A program made the translations under genes and the position numbers. The notes under the pieces are model-generated. The model was not told the origin of the DNA and did not search any database. It saw nothing but the letters and a program-made list of their open reading frames with translations. Shown here piece by piece: positions 38,780 through 51,700 of a DNA stretch of 64,000 nt (within the stretch, counting starts at the first letter, position 1; the number at the start of each line of letters is the position of its first letter). The DNA is from Schmidtea nova (Eukaryota), in contig CM097883.1 in NCBI GenBank assembly GCA_044892505.1, positions 351,726,001 to 351,790,000 on the forward strand, read 5' to 3'.

Positions 38780-39277
38780 CGATTTGAAAAAGCACTTATA
38801 ATATTCGAAAATTATGATCTAAATCACCCTTTGTACAGTAGGAATCTTGATTCTGTCATCGGCAAGTTCAAAGACGAGAATAAAATGCTTAGGTACGAAG
38901 TGTTGGTGTTTCTTAGACCTAAATGTTAAAGTCTTTTAGATGATGACGAAACTAAAAAAGGTAAGGGGGTAACATTGTAGGGTATTGACATAAAGCATTA
39001 GTCGTACTTGGACTGTTTTAATAATAACCAAATATTTTCTGTTCCCTAAACGAGAATCAGAAGTAAAAATCACCAACTTTTTACTATTAAAAATGAAAAG
39101 ACTGCACTGACAAACGCAGATGATAAAAGTAAATGGGTTGCGAAAAATAAAAGCTTGGCATATGGCCATTATATGGGAGGTGACTTGGTTATATTTCAAC
39201 ATACCGATGCCAGAATCAATCCAGATCAACAATACCAAGATCCAACTGGAGATATCCAAGATGAAAGTTTTATTTAA
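38780..39277 (+). pseudogene. Polinton pPolB C-terminal remnant (copy 3)
   Basis: NYDLNHPLYSRNLDSVIGKFKDE...LRPKC*...KKGKGV...RSKNHQLFTIKNEKTALTNADDKSKWVAKNKSLAYGHY. Confidence 0.82.
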
Positions 39278-39856
39278 ATATAATTTGTTGAAAAACTTTG
39301 TTTTTTATTGTTTTCATTTATTTAGTTATATATTGCACAGATTAGTTTCAGTCTGTTTTTATAATTTGGGTAATAATTTTTAGAAACTATGGTTATGTCA
39401 TAATAATAATAGTAATATTAATAATAAAATAATAAATAATAAATAATTAGTTTAATATTTATCGTATTTCACCATGTAATTTTTTTGTTGTGCAGAATTG
39501 TCTCATTTTGTTATATGCTAATAATATTTTGATTAGTGCTTTCATTGAACGTTTATCATTGAAGTGTTTCAAAAATTATAATAACAATAATAAATTATAC
39601 TAACAAAAGTAAATTAATAATATTTTAAAAAAAATAATTAAAAAAAGAAAAATTAATTAATAAAAAAACATAGTTTAAATAAAAAAAATAATAATAAAAA
39701 AAAATAATTTAATAATAAAATAATAATAATAAATTCTAAACATTTAAACAAAACGCACTTTAAAAATGGCGCCAAAAACGCGCGATAACTCATACGGATC
39801 CAGACTGGACACGTCCTTCTACTGACGGAAGTGAAACCACCACTTTGCTCAACAGA

Positions 39857-39879
<23 letters not shown>

Positions 39880-39888
<9 letters not shown>

Positions 39889-40300
39889 CGAAAGGTAATT
39901 AAAGGGTGAGTATGATGATTATACCTTCGAATGTCTATGGTGAGTGCTGGACTCTCAAATGGTCAAAAACTTTCAACATATTTAAAACCTTATAAGTTAT
40001 ATATCATTCGAAAGGTCTCTGAGAGGTAAGCATGATGGTCATACCCTCTGAGGTTTATGGACGGCTAAAGACCTTCAAGGGATCTCTAAACTTAAATGTT
40101 TTTCAAACATTACACGTTATATATCATTCAAAAGAACTTTTAGTGGTAAGTTTGAAGTCATACCCTTTAAGAGTACAAGGTTCAAAAATTTTAAACCATA
40201 ATAATTTACACATTATTCGAAAGGTGTTTGAGACGTAAGTATCATGGTCGTACTTTCGAAGGTTATTGGTGGGTGCTGAACCTTTTAAAATCTTTAAAAC
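39880..40300. repeat. Degenerate ~90-125 bp tandem repeats (attcgaaaggt...catacc)
   Basis: About 4 diverged copies plus one near 40590-40720; possibly TE subterminal repeats. Confidence 0.55.
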
Positions 40301-40325
40301 CATTTAGTATATGTATAATATATAT

Positions 40326-40519
40326 ATTATCAATAATTCTCATAATGACTATAGATCAAAGTTTTTATTAAACAATAACAAAATATTTCGGCACAGCCTT
40401 TATCAAGTGTGTAATAAATATTGTGTTATTGTTTAATAAAAAATTTTGATCTATAGTCATTATGAGAATTATTGATAATAATAATAAAAAAAGATCAAAG
40501 GTGAAAAAAGATAATTATG

Positions 40520-40522
<3 letters not shown>
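40326..40522. repeat. Palindromic element C (same family as A/B, opposite orientation) with intact hammerhead-like motif
   Basis: Inverted arms 40326-40479; minus strand 40406-40382 reads TTGATAA-A-GGC(TGT)GCC-GAA-ATAT-T; unique tail matches the left flank of A/B. Confidence 0.75.

Positions 40523-40589
<67 letters not shown>
40523..40589. repeat. (TA)n microsatellite
   Basis: Direct reading. Confidence 0.95.
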
Positions 40590-40593
<4 letters not shown>

Positions 40594-42258
40594 ATACATA
40601 ATTCAAAGGTCAGTATGATAGTCATATAAAGGGTCCAAGGTTCAAATTTTTAAACTATATGATACTTATATCAAATATAAGATAATTGAAAGATGAGTAT
40701 CATACCCGAGATGATGTGTATGTGTCTGAAAAAACTTTCTATCACTATTTTATAAAATTTCATACCCCAATTTAAACAAGGACATTGCAATGCAGATGCA
40801 ACCTAACCAAGACATTCCAATGTCATTGCAACTTAACCAAGACATTGCAATGTCAATGCAACTTAACAAAGAAGCCAAGCCAAATTAATAAAGATATGTA
40901 GCACACAATAACTTATAAAATTTTAAACACCATAATAATAATAACTTCCTTATTTAATAATAATAACACCATAATAATAATAACACCATAATAATAATAA
41001 AAAAAACAGACAAAAATAATAAAAACTTAGAAAAATATATTAATAATAACTTAAAAGACATATAATGTAATACAATCAACAATTGCAGCAATAAAGAGGA
41101 CCATTTTTTTTACTTTCACAAATCTTTTTTCCTTTCTGTTTTTTTTCAATAACTTTTCGATTTTGTTTTTCAATATCGTTTTGATTCTGTTTTCCTTTTT
41201 CATCATCTAAATCTTTAAAAACGTAAAAATCACAATATTAAATTTAATTGATTGCGAAATTTTTTATACAATCGTGAATTGTAAGCCTGATATGGGCCGA
41301 TTGTTCATTCGCAATTTTTCTTTTGATTTTTTTGTTTCTTTTTTTGATTATCTTTATTTCGCAATCATCTAAAATAATCATGTTCCAGAGGCGCATAAAA
41401 TGCATAAGGCTCTTCATCCATCGGCACGATCGGGACATCATCTATTTGTTGTTGGATTGAATCATCATCGAGTTGTTGTTCTGGTGGATCACCTACAAAT
41501 ATATTGGTGTCACTCCCTCTATATTGACGATATGCCAAACTTTTATTTTTATCAATCCAATTACGCTTGTCGTCCTTACAATTCAAGGACATCTAAATAT
41601 TTTTTATACTGAATAACTGGTGGTTCTTACTAGTTATTCTAAACTGGGGGACAGTATATATTTTATTATTTAAATAACAATCAAGATACGACTGATGTGT
41701 TAGTCCAGTATCTTTAATGTTAATCCCCTTAGCTTTCATACTTGCCTCATCACTCATTAAACCATAACACTTAGGGCTTAAGAACATCCACTCTTTGAAC
41801 TTTTCAATGACAGAATCAAGGTTCCTAATCTATTAAGAATGATTTAGGTCATACTTCGAAGTCTCAAGAATATTGTCCCTAACCATCACCAGTAAGAGTA
41901 TATCTAACGAAAGACTTTTAATATCCAAAAAGAAGGAATCAATGTTTCCCAGCAACGATATTAATTTCACAGTTGAAGTCGTCACGCTATTTTTGCAACT
42001 CTTCATACTGCAGCTGGTACATACTAAGTTTGGATAAATCTAGTAATGTTTGACCAATGTAACTAGGTCTATCAAAACACACTGATTCCTTCTTTAACAA
42101 AACAGAAATCAAGTCATTATCTATTTTAGTGGTTGTTGGAACATTAATTAATTATTCAACACAATTATTTTAAAAACAATATTTTAAACAAATTGATTTG
42201 TTTAAATATGATGTGAGAGATAAAAATAAAACTTTTAAATTAAACGCGTGTTTCTTTT

Positions 42259-42984
42259 ATGAATCTTATAAATGGTGTCAGCAACTCCCAAGTTGACCAT
42301 GTTTCGGTCAAAATTCCAGCAATTTTTCAGAACCAGAGTCTGTGGTTCAAACAAGTGGAGGCCAGTTTCAAGATATCAAGAATTACAGAAGAAACTACAA
42401 AATATTTTTATTTAATTTCAAATCTTCCAACAACAATGCTATCAAAATACGAACATCTATTGGACTCAGAAACTGAGCTTCCGTACTCAACTCTGAAAGA
42501 AGCAATCCTAGCAGAATTTGAGCTATCAAGAAAAATATCGATAACAGAATTGATGAGAGAAGAATGCCTTGGAGATCGATCTCCACCAGAAGCACTTCAG
42601 CACATTACGGGACAAATACAAAGAATAGATACAGCCATGGATCCATTCAACAGTCCTATATCTCGGGAATTGTTCATGCGACTATTACCAAGCTTTGTTC
42701 AAGACATCCTATTATCGATGCCAACGACGGACCTTCGAAAATTAGCAGTCACAACAGACAGAATAATGTTATCAAAGCGGCAATCAGTAAAGACAGTTGA
42801 ACACGAAAATTGCAATACTCAAGAGTTAGGAGATAAGACGAGAACAATTAGGGAACTACAGGAAGAAATCAATGTAATACGTCAACAATTAAGAAATAAA
42901 AGCACAAGTAAGTTATGTTTTTATCATAGTAAACATGGACAACGTACTCCGAGAACATCAAGAACATTCCTTATCCTATATTGA
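42259..42984 (+). CDS. gag: Gypsy Gag (truncated at the C-terminal Cys/His motif)
   Basis: VSVKIPAIFQNQSLWFKQVEASF, ELFMRLLP, KLCFYHSKHG; then fused to RT sequence at the catgga junction. Confidence 0.85.
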   Translation: MNLINGVSNSQVDHVSVKIPAIFQNQSLWFKQVEASFKISRITEETTKYFYLISNLPTTMLSKYEHLLDSETELPYSTLKEAILAEFELSRKISITELMREECLGDRSPPEALQHITGQIQRIDTAMDPFNSPISRELFMRLLPSFVQDILLSMPTTDLRKLAVTTDRIMLSKRQSVKTVEHENCNTQELGDKTRTIRELQEEINVIRQQLRNKSTSKLCFYHSKHGQRTPRTSRTFLILY

Positions 42985-44526
42985 TGATGTTTTGATATTC
43001 TCCAAGACTGAAGCAGAGCATAAAGCACACGTGTCGAGTGTGATGACCAGTCTTCAAGCAGCTGGTCTCATAGTCAACCAGAGAAAATGCGAATTCCAAA
43101 CCGAAAAGGTAAATTTTTTGGGTTTCGAATTAACAAAACAGGGAATCAAACCATCGAAGGAACGCACCTTAGCAATTAGCAATTTAAAGAAGCCAACCAA
43201 TAGTCAAGATTTACGACGTTTTATTGGTGGCATCGGCTATTATCACTGGCTAATTCCAAGACTGTCAGATACACTGAGTCCACTGCATGACTTGTTACAA
43301 AAATCGGCCGATAAAAAGGAAGATCTCTTATGGCAAGACTGCCATACACAGGCCTTCATGAATGCAAATAATTCCGTACGCAAAATCAGCAACGTCTCAT
43401 ACCCTAACCCATCCAAGCCATTCCTATTATGCACTGACGCATCGTCTAAAGCAATTGGAGCAAGTCTAAGTCAAATCAACGAAGAAAATAAATCATTTCC
43501 TATTGCCTTCTTTTCCAGGAAATTAAATTTAACCGAACAGAAGTATTCTATTTTCGACAGGGAGTTATTGGCAATATTCTTATCTATAAAACATTTTAAG
43601 CATTTCTTAGACGGTTCTCATTTTACAGTCATGACGGACCACAAACCTTTACTACGAGCTAGACATATGAAAGATCCATCGCCAAGACAATGGGGAATAA
43701 TCGAATACCTTGATCAATTTGATTTCACCATCGAATTCATAAAAGGGGAAGACAATGTAGTTGCCGATCTCTTCTCCAGACAATGCAGTAATCAAGACCT
43801 ACAAGTATCAACTGTGGAGATTAATTTCGTTGAATTCACTAAAGAAAGTTTAAAAGAAGAACAAAGGAAAGATCAGACCTGATCTACACTGAAAAATGCA
43901 AGTCTCCAGTTATGCAGTACTATAGATGACATCCTCATTGACAACTCTACGGGGGAGACCAGAATAGTACTGCCAAAAATATTCCGACATCAATAATTTC
44001 TAAGAATTCATAACATATCTCATCCAGCATCCAAACCAACGATAGAATTGATCAAAGCGACATATGTGTGGCCTCAGATGAAAAGTGACATCAGAGAGTG
44101 GTGTAGACAATGTCAAAGATGTCAAGGTGCAAAGATAACAAGACACACACATGCTCCGTTAGGTACCATAGAAACCAAAGGAAGGTTTATCACAGTTTTG
44201 TTATTAGTGAACCAATATTAACCAATATCGAAGACAATTTGGCATCGATTCAAGAGGAAATCGACTCACAACTAAGTAACAAAAAAACAAGCCAACCAAA
44301 ACAACATAGTTTTGAAAGCAAACTATTTGTTAATTGCAAAAAAGTGTGGCTTCGAGCTGAATTTAGGAAGTCGTTAGAAGATCCGTACACTGGACCATAC
44401 GACGTTATAGAAAGATCCGATGACAATAAAACGTTAAAAATCAAAATTGGAGACCAAATAAAGAATGTTAGCATCGACCGTCTTAAGCCATGGATTGGAG
44501 CTGATGAATTTGCTCCGCAATCTTAA
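42935..44526 (+). pseudogene. pol: Gypsy pol remnant (RT C-half, RNase H, IN HHCC and GPY/F; PR, RT N-half and IN core deleted)
   Basis: YIDDVL, TDASSKAIG, FDRELLA, TDHKPLL, NVVADLFSR; HNISHP...CQRCQ; PYTGPYDV...VSIDRLKP. Confidence 0.88.
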
Positions 44527-45256
44527 GGGGGAGTTGTGTTGGAACATTAATTAATTATTCAACACAATTATTTTAAAAACAATATTTTAAACAAATTGAT
44601 TTGTTTAAATATGATGTGAGAGATAAAAATAAAACTTTTAAATTAAACGCGTGTTTCTTTTATGAATCTTATAGTGGTTTTATGGAAAGTCGGTTTGGAG
44701 TAGTAAGTCATTAACTTCTGTGATGAATTGCATAAACGCAAATTTATACATTTTTTAAGATTTTCAACAGTCTTGCCCTAAAGACTGTTGTTAAGTAATT
44801 TATAAAAGTTAATTAATTTGTCGATGCTGCTCGTAACGCCGTATTTGTATTGATATAATTTTGAAAAATTTTATCTTGTATGAATTTTATTGCTCGATGT
44901 GTTTTTGATATTTTAACATCTAATTTAATAAACAGTTGCAGAAGCTTCCAATGAAGAACGTAGTTTCTCTTTGGATAATGCATAAGTAGCAGCTTCTCAA
45001 CTTTCGAACCTGGTGCACACATCTTTTCAGCGGCAACTAGAAGATCATCCAGTTTGTCGTGAATTGACGTCGGTATTTCTAAATCCAATTCTATGGTATA
45101 ACCATAATGAAGTACATCTAAATCTACCGGTATGCACTCAACAATTATATCATTTAATAAGTGGACATCTGTGACCCATTCAAAGTAACTGCATGGTAAA
45201 GGTTGACTTAAAGCCCAACCATATAAATTATTTCTATCTATGTAAACTTTACATTT

Positions 45257-45521
45257 ACTTTAACTCTCTAATTGAGCTCCTTACCGATATGGAGATGTAT
45301 AACTTTTTCGAGGGCGGTATCCGTGGCGGATTACCTTTTGTAAATAAACACTATGTAAAAACAGGCCCGGATACCGCATTGCTTTACAACGTAAAGCAAT
45401 GCGGTATCCGGGCCTGTTTTTACATAGTGTTTATTTACAAAAGGTAATCCGCCACGGATACCGCCCTCGAAAAAGTTATACATCTCCATATCGGTAAGGA
45501 GCTCAATTGGAGAGTTAAAGT
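45257..45521. repeat. Near-perfect 265-bp palindrome (131-bp arms, 3-nt loop) inside pPolB
   Basis: Arms 45257-45387 / 45391-45521 with one mismatch; loop aac. Confidence 0.95.
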
Positions 45522-48500
45522 TAATAATGAGGAATACCAAGATATACCTTTAATTCCTAAGAAATTTAATGGTTCTAGTCGGTTATAAACAATGACCTTA
45601 GCTCTAAATTGCTGGAAATAATCAGGTAAAAGGAAAAAATCTAGTTTTAAATAAACCATCATGTAATCAAAAATCGAAGTACATGAGGTTTCACGCCAAA
45701 TTCTCTTAACTGTCTCATATTCAGCTGGCTTCACGCCTTTCCAAATAGGAGGTAACTGGCGAATATTTTGTAAAACTTCTAAAGAAGTCGATGTGTCATA
45801 TGGAAAAAATCCCTTTGCTGTTATTATTTTACCCTGAGATTCAGATTCGATCAAAAGTAAAGACGATAAAGTTTTGACAGCATTATATAAAGACTCGCTG
45901 ATAAATTGATAAGAGTCTATGAATATAACAATTAAGGAGTCAATCCTAGCAAAAAGACTAAGGAAGTTCTCGCTTGTCAAAGGAATACAACTAATATTCC
46001 AGGAATGGTATTTGGAAAGGCCAAATTTCAGAATGTGATGTAGATCATAACCCTTTAAATTATGAAAAATGACAGGTAGGGTATGTCTAATTTGCCTTGA
46101 GATATTGCAAGCTTTGCAAGCTGCGCCAAGAAATAGACCGATAAAATGTTCATTGTCCCTAACTGGATAAACTAAAGGTTTATTGCACAAATAACATGAT
46201 GCGCTCTTTTCAAAATCTAATTTTTGAGCGTCGGTAATTATAATTTTCTTCTGATAATTTTTATAAAAAAACGGCGTCACTTATGTTTACTAATCAATTC
46301 AATTTCATTAAGAAATTGATCGACGCAATCTAAACCGAAGAAAAATTTATAAATTTTTACACCGGTAAAATCATTAATAAGAAGCAAACCAGCAGAAATA
46401 GGCAAGTGACGTTGAAAGTAACAAGCCTCAAAGTCAGCGTAAATAACAAAGGGAGGAGTGACGGTTTTCTTCCAATCAGTAAATTCGAGGTATTTGTTTT
46501 TGGACATTGTGTATAAGGTAGTACTCAGCTGATTTTTATCACAAAGACCCCTATGTCTATTAAAAGACTCATCATTCCTAAAACCGTTTAAACACCTAGG
46601 ACACCACTGGCTACAAATCCTAACAGGAGTGATTGAACTATTCCTACAATTAAGGAATCTATTTAGATCTGTGATTGCGCCATGGTGCTAATTATTCTTA
46701 TTTTCAATCAATAATTAATTTATAGGTATTCATCCTACTACCTTACTTCGGTAAATTATATCAATAAAAGCATCTTCATCAGAAATGTCTATCTGCTTTT
46801 AGTCATAAGTAAGCACATTAATACTATAACCGGGATTTTGATGTTCAAATTTACTTATATTTGACAGTTTCATCGGCATATTATTGGGGTAAAATTAAGT
46901 TGAGAAAGATCGTAGGAAGTAGGACGATTTCTATATTGCCTATTTACACTTTCATAGTTAATAATTGATAGGAAACTGTACAAGAAACAATAATGGTCAT
47001 TATTAACTACATTTATAAGAAAGCTTAAACTTTTTAATGATTTTGGGGTTTCAATAAAACTATTGCCACTTAACCGACTTATTTCGGAAAATTTAGTGAG
47101 AACGAAGCTTATGTACTCGATTTTATTGATAGTCCAATTACTACCTTTTTCATTTAATTGAAGTGTTGAGGTTCCGAGAATCTCAACTTGATGTTTCTTA
47201 AATAAATAAAAAAATAAGACTGATTCTTTTCAAAGACTATTTATTTATAACAATTACAAATTTGATAAAAATAAACAATAACCTAAAGGATAATAATTTT
47301 TAGTTATTTTGTATTTATATGTATGTGTGTAAGTGCTTGCAGTTTCCTGAGCTCGAATGTAAAGATTTTGTACGCTCGATTTTAATTTACAAATCGTTTA
47401 CCGAATTTGTAATTCTTCTTAACTGTGTAAGATTTTAATGGTGGTTTGACTGAAAAATCAGTCAGTTTATATACTAAATTTTAAGGCACTTAATCTGTCA
47501 ATAATGATTGTTATTTTGCCTCTTGAGTTGATTGAAATTATTTTGAAAATAGAGTGGTTTTCAAAACAGAATTGTTTTCAAAATTATTTTTTAACTTTGG
47601 GATATTATTTCATTTTTCTTACTTTTGTAGGTCATAAATATAATTTCTTTAAACAAACAGTAATTTATTTATTTTTAATTTATTAAAACAATCTGTATTA
47701 TTTATTTATTTTATTATTATTATTATAATTTATTGAATTAAAATATTAAAATATAAATGAAAATATAATCCATATTCAAAAAATTAATTTACATAAAATA
47801 TTTTCAAAACAAAATATTCTTTCAAAATTATATCAAATTTTGTCCATCACCATAAAAAATGTCAATAAAAGTTTACATGATCACAAATGATAAATTGTCA
47901 AAAGATAAAAAAGATTGTTATATACATCACAAAACTGAATGAATTTGTCACACAAATAGGATTTTCAAAAGATAAAATAGATTGAATAAAAAAAAGATAT
48001 AATAAATTTGTCACATAATAAAATTGTCAAGAGATAGAATAGATTGTTATTTGAATCACGAGGCTGAATGAGTTTGTGCCAAAATAGGATTGTCTAAAGA
48101 TAAAATAGATTATTGTCTGAATTCCATCTTTTCATCGGGAGGGATCTTGTTAGATGATGTGTCTATGTGTATGTTTAGCCTATATCTATTTGTTCCTATG
48201 CTATAGTCTTCATCTAACTCAAATTTATTTACAAAGAAATTTAATTTATTTAACAAAATGTCCGGCACTGAGACCGTTTTTAATTCTAAATTTGTGACAT
48301 CGAGTTTAATTATAACATAGTTGTCGTTCAAGTCCATATTAACTTCGACTAACCCATGTCCAATTTGAATATTTAATAAATTATTTATTTGGGTGTTTTC
48401 CTGATTACTGATGATGATAATTTCTTTATCATCACTGATGGTAATTATATCGTTAATAATATCTTCCTCATCACTGATGTCGATAATTTGTATTTAAGTA

Positions 48501-48778
48501 GGAACTGATTCCATATTATTTATATTAGTGTTATGTGTGTTATTGATGTTACATAAATTATTGTTGTTATTACATAGAGATGTTATATCTCTAAATGAAT
48601 TAACTAATTTATATAAATAAATTACCACGATTCGGAAATAATAATTCTAATAATAAATCAATAAATTACAATATTCAAAAATCTCTATTTTACAACACAA
48701 TATTCAAACAATATTCTAATAATTATAATATTAAACGAATTTGTAATATTATTAATTCACATATAACATTCCCCCGTC

Positions 48779-51700
48779 TTATTCGGCTCTCAACTCGAAA
48801 TCGTCGTATAATCTCGGCTTCACATTTCTATTGTGTCTTTTCGGGTATCTTCCTGTGGTCTCTTTATTCTCTTCCGTTGACGTTGCTTCGTTAACCTCTT
48901 CCAATCTCTCCGATTCCTTTGTTCTTGACCATATACTTGTTCCCCAACTGTCCGTCTCTATCTTTGCTATTTCTGATCTTTCTGGGATAATCTTAATCTG
49001 GTTAAAATTACGCTGTATTATCTTCCCATCAGCCTCGCTTCTTAATTTAAAAGTCCAATCATTTACTTTCTCCAGTATTTCATATGGGCCGCAGTATTTC
49101 TCCCCAAATCCTTGTTTCTGAACTACTTTTACTAATGCCGAATCTCCTATTTTGACGTCTTTATTCCATCTATTTCGATTGTAAATCTTTTCGTTATATA
49201 CTCTCACTTTATCAGTTCTCTTTTTTACTTCCTCTTCTATGTTCGTTAACTCTGTTCTCAGTTTTCTCATGAATTCTCCGTAGTCTTGTGGTCCTATTAT
49301 GTCGCTTGTTTCTTCTCTTACTTTTGGTGTTCTGCCGAACATTAATTCTATCGGTTTATATCCAGTACTTTTATGGACTGTGTTCCTTACTCCATATTCT
49401 ACCGTGTGTACTGTTGAATCCCATTCCTTCGTCTTCCTGTCGAACATGGTCGCTGCCATCATACTTTTTGCTGTTTGGAACATTCTTTCGATTAAGCCGT
49501 CAGATTGTGGGTAGTACGGTGATGTACAGGTTTTCTTTGTTCCTATCAGACTGCACAAACCCTTAAACATATTTGACTCAAAATTCTTTCCCTGATCTGA
49601 GTGAATCCTTTCTGGTATACCGAATTTTGTGATCCATTCTTCCCATATTGCTCTAGCCACTGCTTCTGTCGTAATTTCTGGGAGTGGTATTAGACATGGA
49701 TATTTTGTGAAGTAGTCAATTAATCCCAGAATGTATCTATTTCCTTTTCTTGTAATTGGAAAAGGTCCGGTAATGTCTATTCCCAAAATTTCTAAAGGTC
49801 TACTGCTTATAAAACTCTGTAGTGGTGCTCTAACTCTTCCGTTTATATACTTGTTGTGTTGACAGGCTATACATCGGTTTACTCTATCTATAACGTTCTC
49901 GTTGATATTTGGCCAATAGTATCTTTCTTTGGCTGCTCTCGTAGTTCTTTCAATGCCAACATGTCCCAATTCCCGATGTAACTCGTCAATATATCTATTT
50001 CTTTCTTCTTCTGGTAGTATTTTCCTATGTCCTTCTGCTTTCTTAATCTTAAGATTTCCTTCACTGACATACATAAGCTCCGCTTTTCTCCATAGTTCTA
50101 AGTTTTTCCGGTTTTGTTCTTTTCTCCCTTGCTGTATCCAATCGATTATTTGCCTAACTTCTGAATCCGTCTTCGTATTTATCTGACATATAATTCTTTC
50201 TGACTTGTTCTCTTCTGTAGAAGTGTTTTCTTCCTCGTAAACTTTTACATTTCGTTTCTTTCTTGGGTCCGCGTGTTTCAGTCGGCATTGTTCGCATGGT
50301 GTAATTCTTGACAATGCATCCGCATTGCAATGGTCTTTCCCTTTTCTAAATTCCACTTTCATGTCATATATTTCTAGCTCTGCTTTCCATACACAATATT
50401 GAGAGGTGTTTGGGCTACTCCAATCTAATAACCATTTAAGTGCTTGATGATCTGTTCTTACTGTGAACTTTTTACCTACTAAATAATACTTGTATTTTAA
50501 TACAAATGTATAAATTGCCAAAAGTTCCTTGCGTGTGATACAGTATTTCCTCTGCGTTTTCGTCATAGTCTTCGATCCATACGCAATAACTCTCTCCTTC
50601 CCATCTTGGATTTGAGACAGGACGGCCCCTATTGAATCGTTAGACGCGTCTGTGTCTAAAACGTAGTATCCATCTGTAGTTGGTAATGCTAATATTGGCG
50701 GTGATAGTAAAGCCTGTCTTAATCTCTCGAACGATCCTTGTCTTTCCTCCGTCCATTCAAATTTGTTTTCTGTTCGAAGCATTTCGTTTAAAGGTTCTGT
50801 CGTCTTAGCGTAGCCTTTAATGAAGTTTCTGTAATATCCCGTCATCCCTAAAAATGTCCTTAACTCTTTCTGACACATTGGCTTCTTATATTCTCTTATC
50901 GCTTTGGTTTTGTCTGGGTCCGTCTGTACTCCTTCTTCGTTTATAATGTGTCCCAAATATCTTACCTCGTTTTTTAGCAAGTGGCATTTCTCCGGTGATA
51001 ATTTTAGTCCCGCTTCTCTCATCTTTTGTAGTACTCTATCTAATATTTCGTTGTGCTCTTCAATTGTTTTTCCGAATACCAGAATATCGTCCAAATATAT
51101 CACACAGTTAGTCCAGTTCTCTCCTCTTAAGACTACGTTCATTATTCTTTGAAATGTTGCTTGTGCGGCACACAATCCGAATGGCATTCTTGTGAACTCG
51201 TATTGGCCAAATCTCGTGCTGAATGCTGTTTTCCTTATATCCTCTTCTGCGATTGGAATTTGATAGTATCCACTGGACATATCTAATGTGGAAAAGAATT
51301 TCGCGTTTCCGATCGTATCAAAGACTTCGTTTGCTGATGGTATTGGAAATATTGCTCTTTCTGTTTTTGCATTTAAAGCTCTGTAGTCGATGCACATTCT
51401 CATATCCCCATTCTTTTTTTTTTGTTACCACTATGGGAAAGTTCCATGGTGAATTGCTTTCTCTAATAATTCCCGCTTCTTCCAATTCTGTAATGTATCT
51501 TCTCACATCTTCCTCCAATCCCCTTGGTATCCTTCTATGTTTGAATGCTATCGGTGTTGTTTTCCCCGTTTCTATAGTGTGTTGTCCCACATTTGTCTTT
51601 CCAATATCCATTTTGTAACTACTGAATACATCTTTGTTCCGCCATAAAATTTGTGAAATCTTCTGTTTTTCTGTTATTGTTAATCTATCGTCTAGTTTGT

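Larger units (their letters stand above)
42134..44673 (+). mobile_element. Internally deleted Ty3/Gypsy LTR retrotransposon with identical LTRs
   Basis: 137-bp LTRs 42134-42270 and 44537-44673 are identical; TSD GTGGT; PBS tggtgtcag (tRNA-Leu type); PPT aagggggag; gag, partial RT-RH and IN fragments. Confidence 0.95.
41365..47200 (-). pseudogene. Near full-length Polinton pPolB pseudogene (copy 4), interrupted by a Gypsy insertion and a fold-back duplication
   Basis: N-terminal GSNW...SFIETPKSL...INVVNNDHYCFLYS; FHNLKGYDLH, FIDSYQF, KGFFPY, GGIRGG, YIDRNNLYG, DRPSYIG, TDSFF, DDKRNW...SLAY; removing 42134-44673 plus one TSD restores the frame PTFHKTTKIDDLISV. Confidence 0.92.

Noticed and set aside
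38936-39259. Hydrophobic minus-strand ORF as a membrane-protein exon
   Set aside because: The opposite strand encodes the pPolB C-terminus
40780-40880. 30-bp x3 repeat (QLNQDIAMSM) as a gene
   Set aside because: Very short, no start or family context; recorded only as a minor repeat
45193-45447. Plus-strand ORF with GGIRGG as a separate polymerase gene
   Set aside because: It is the inverted arm of the 45257-45521 palindrome
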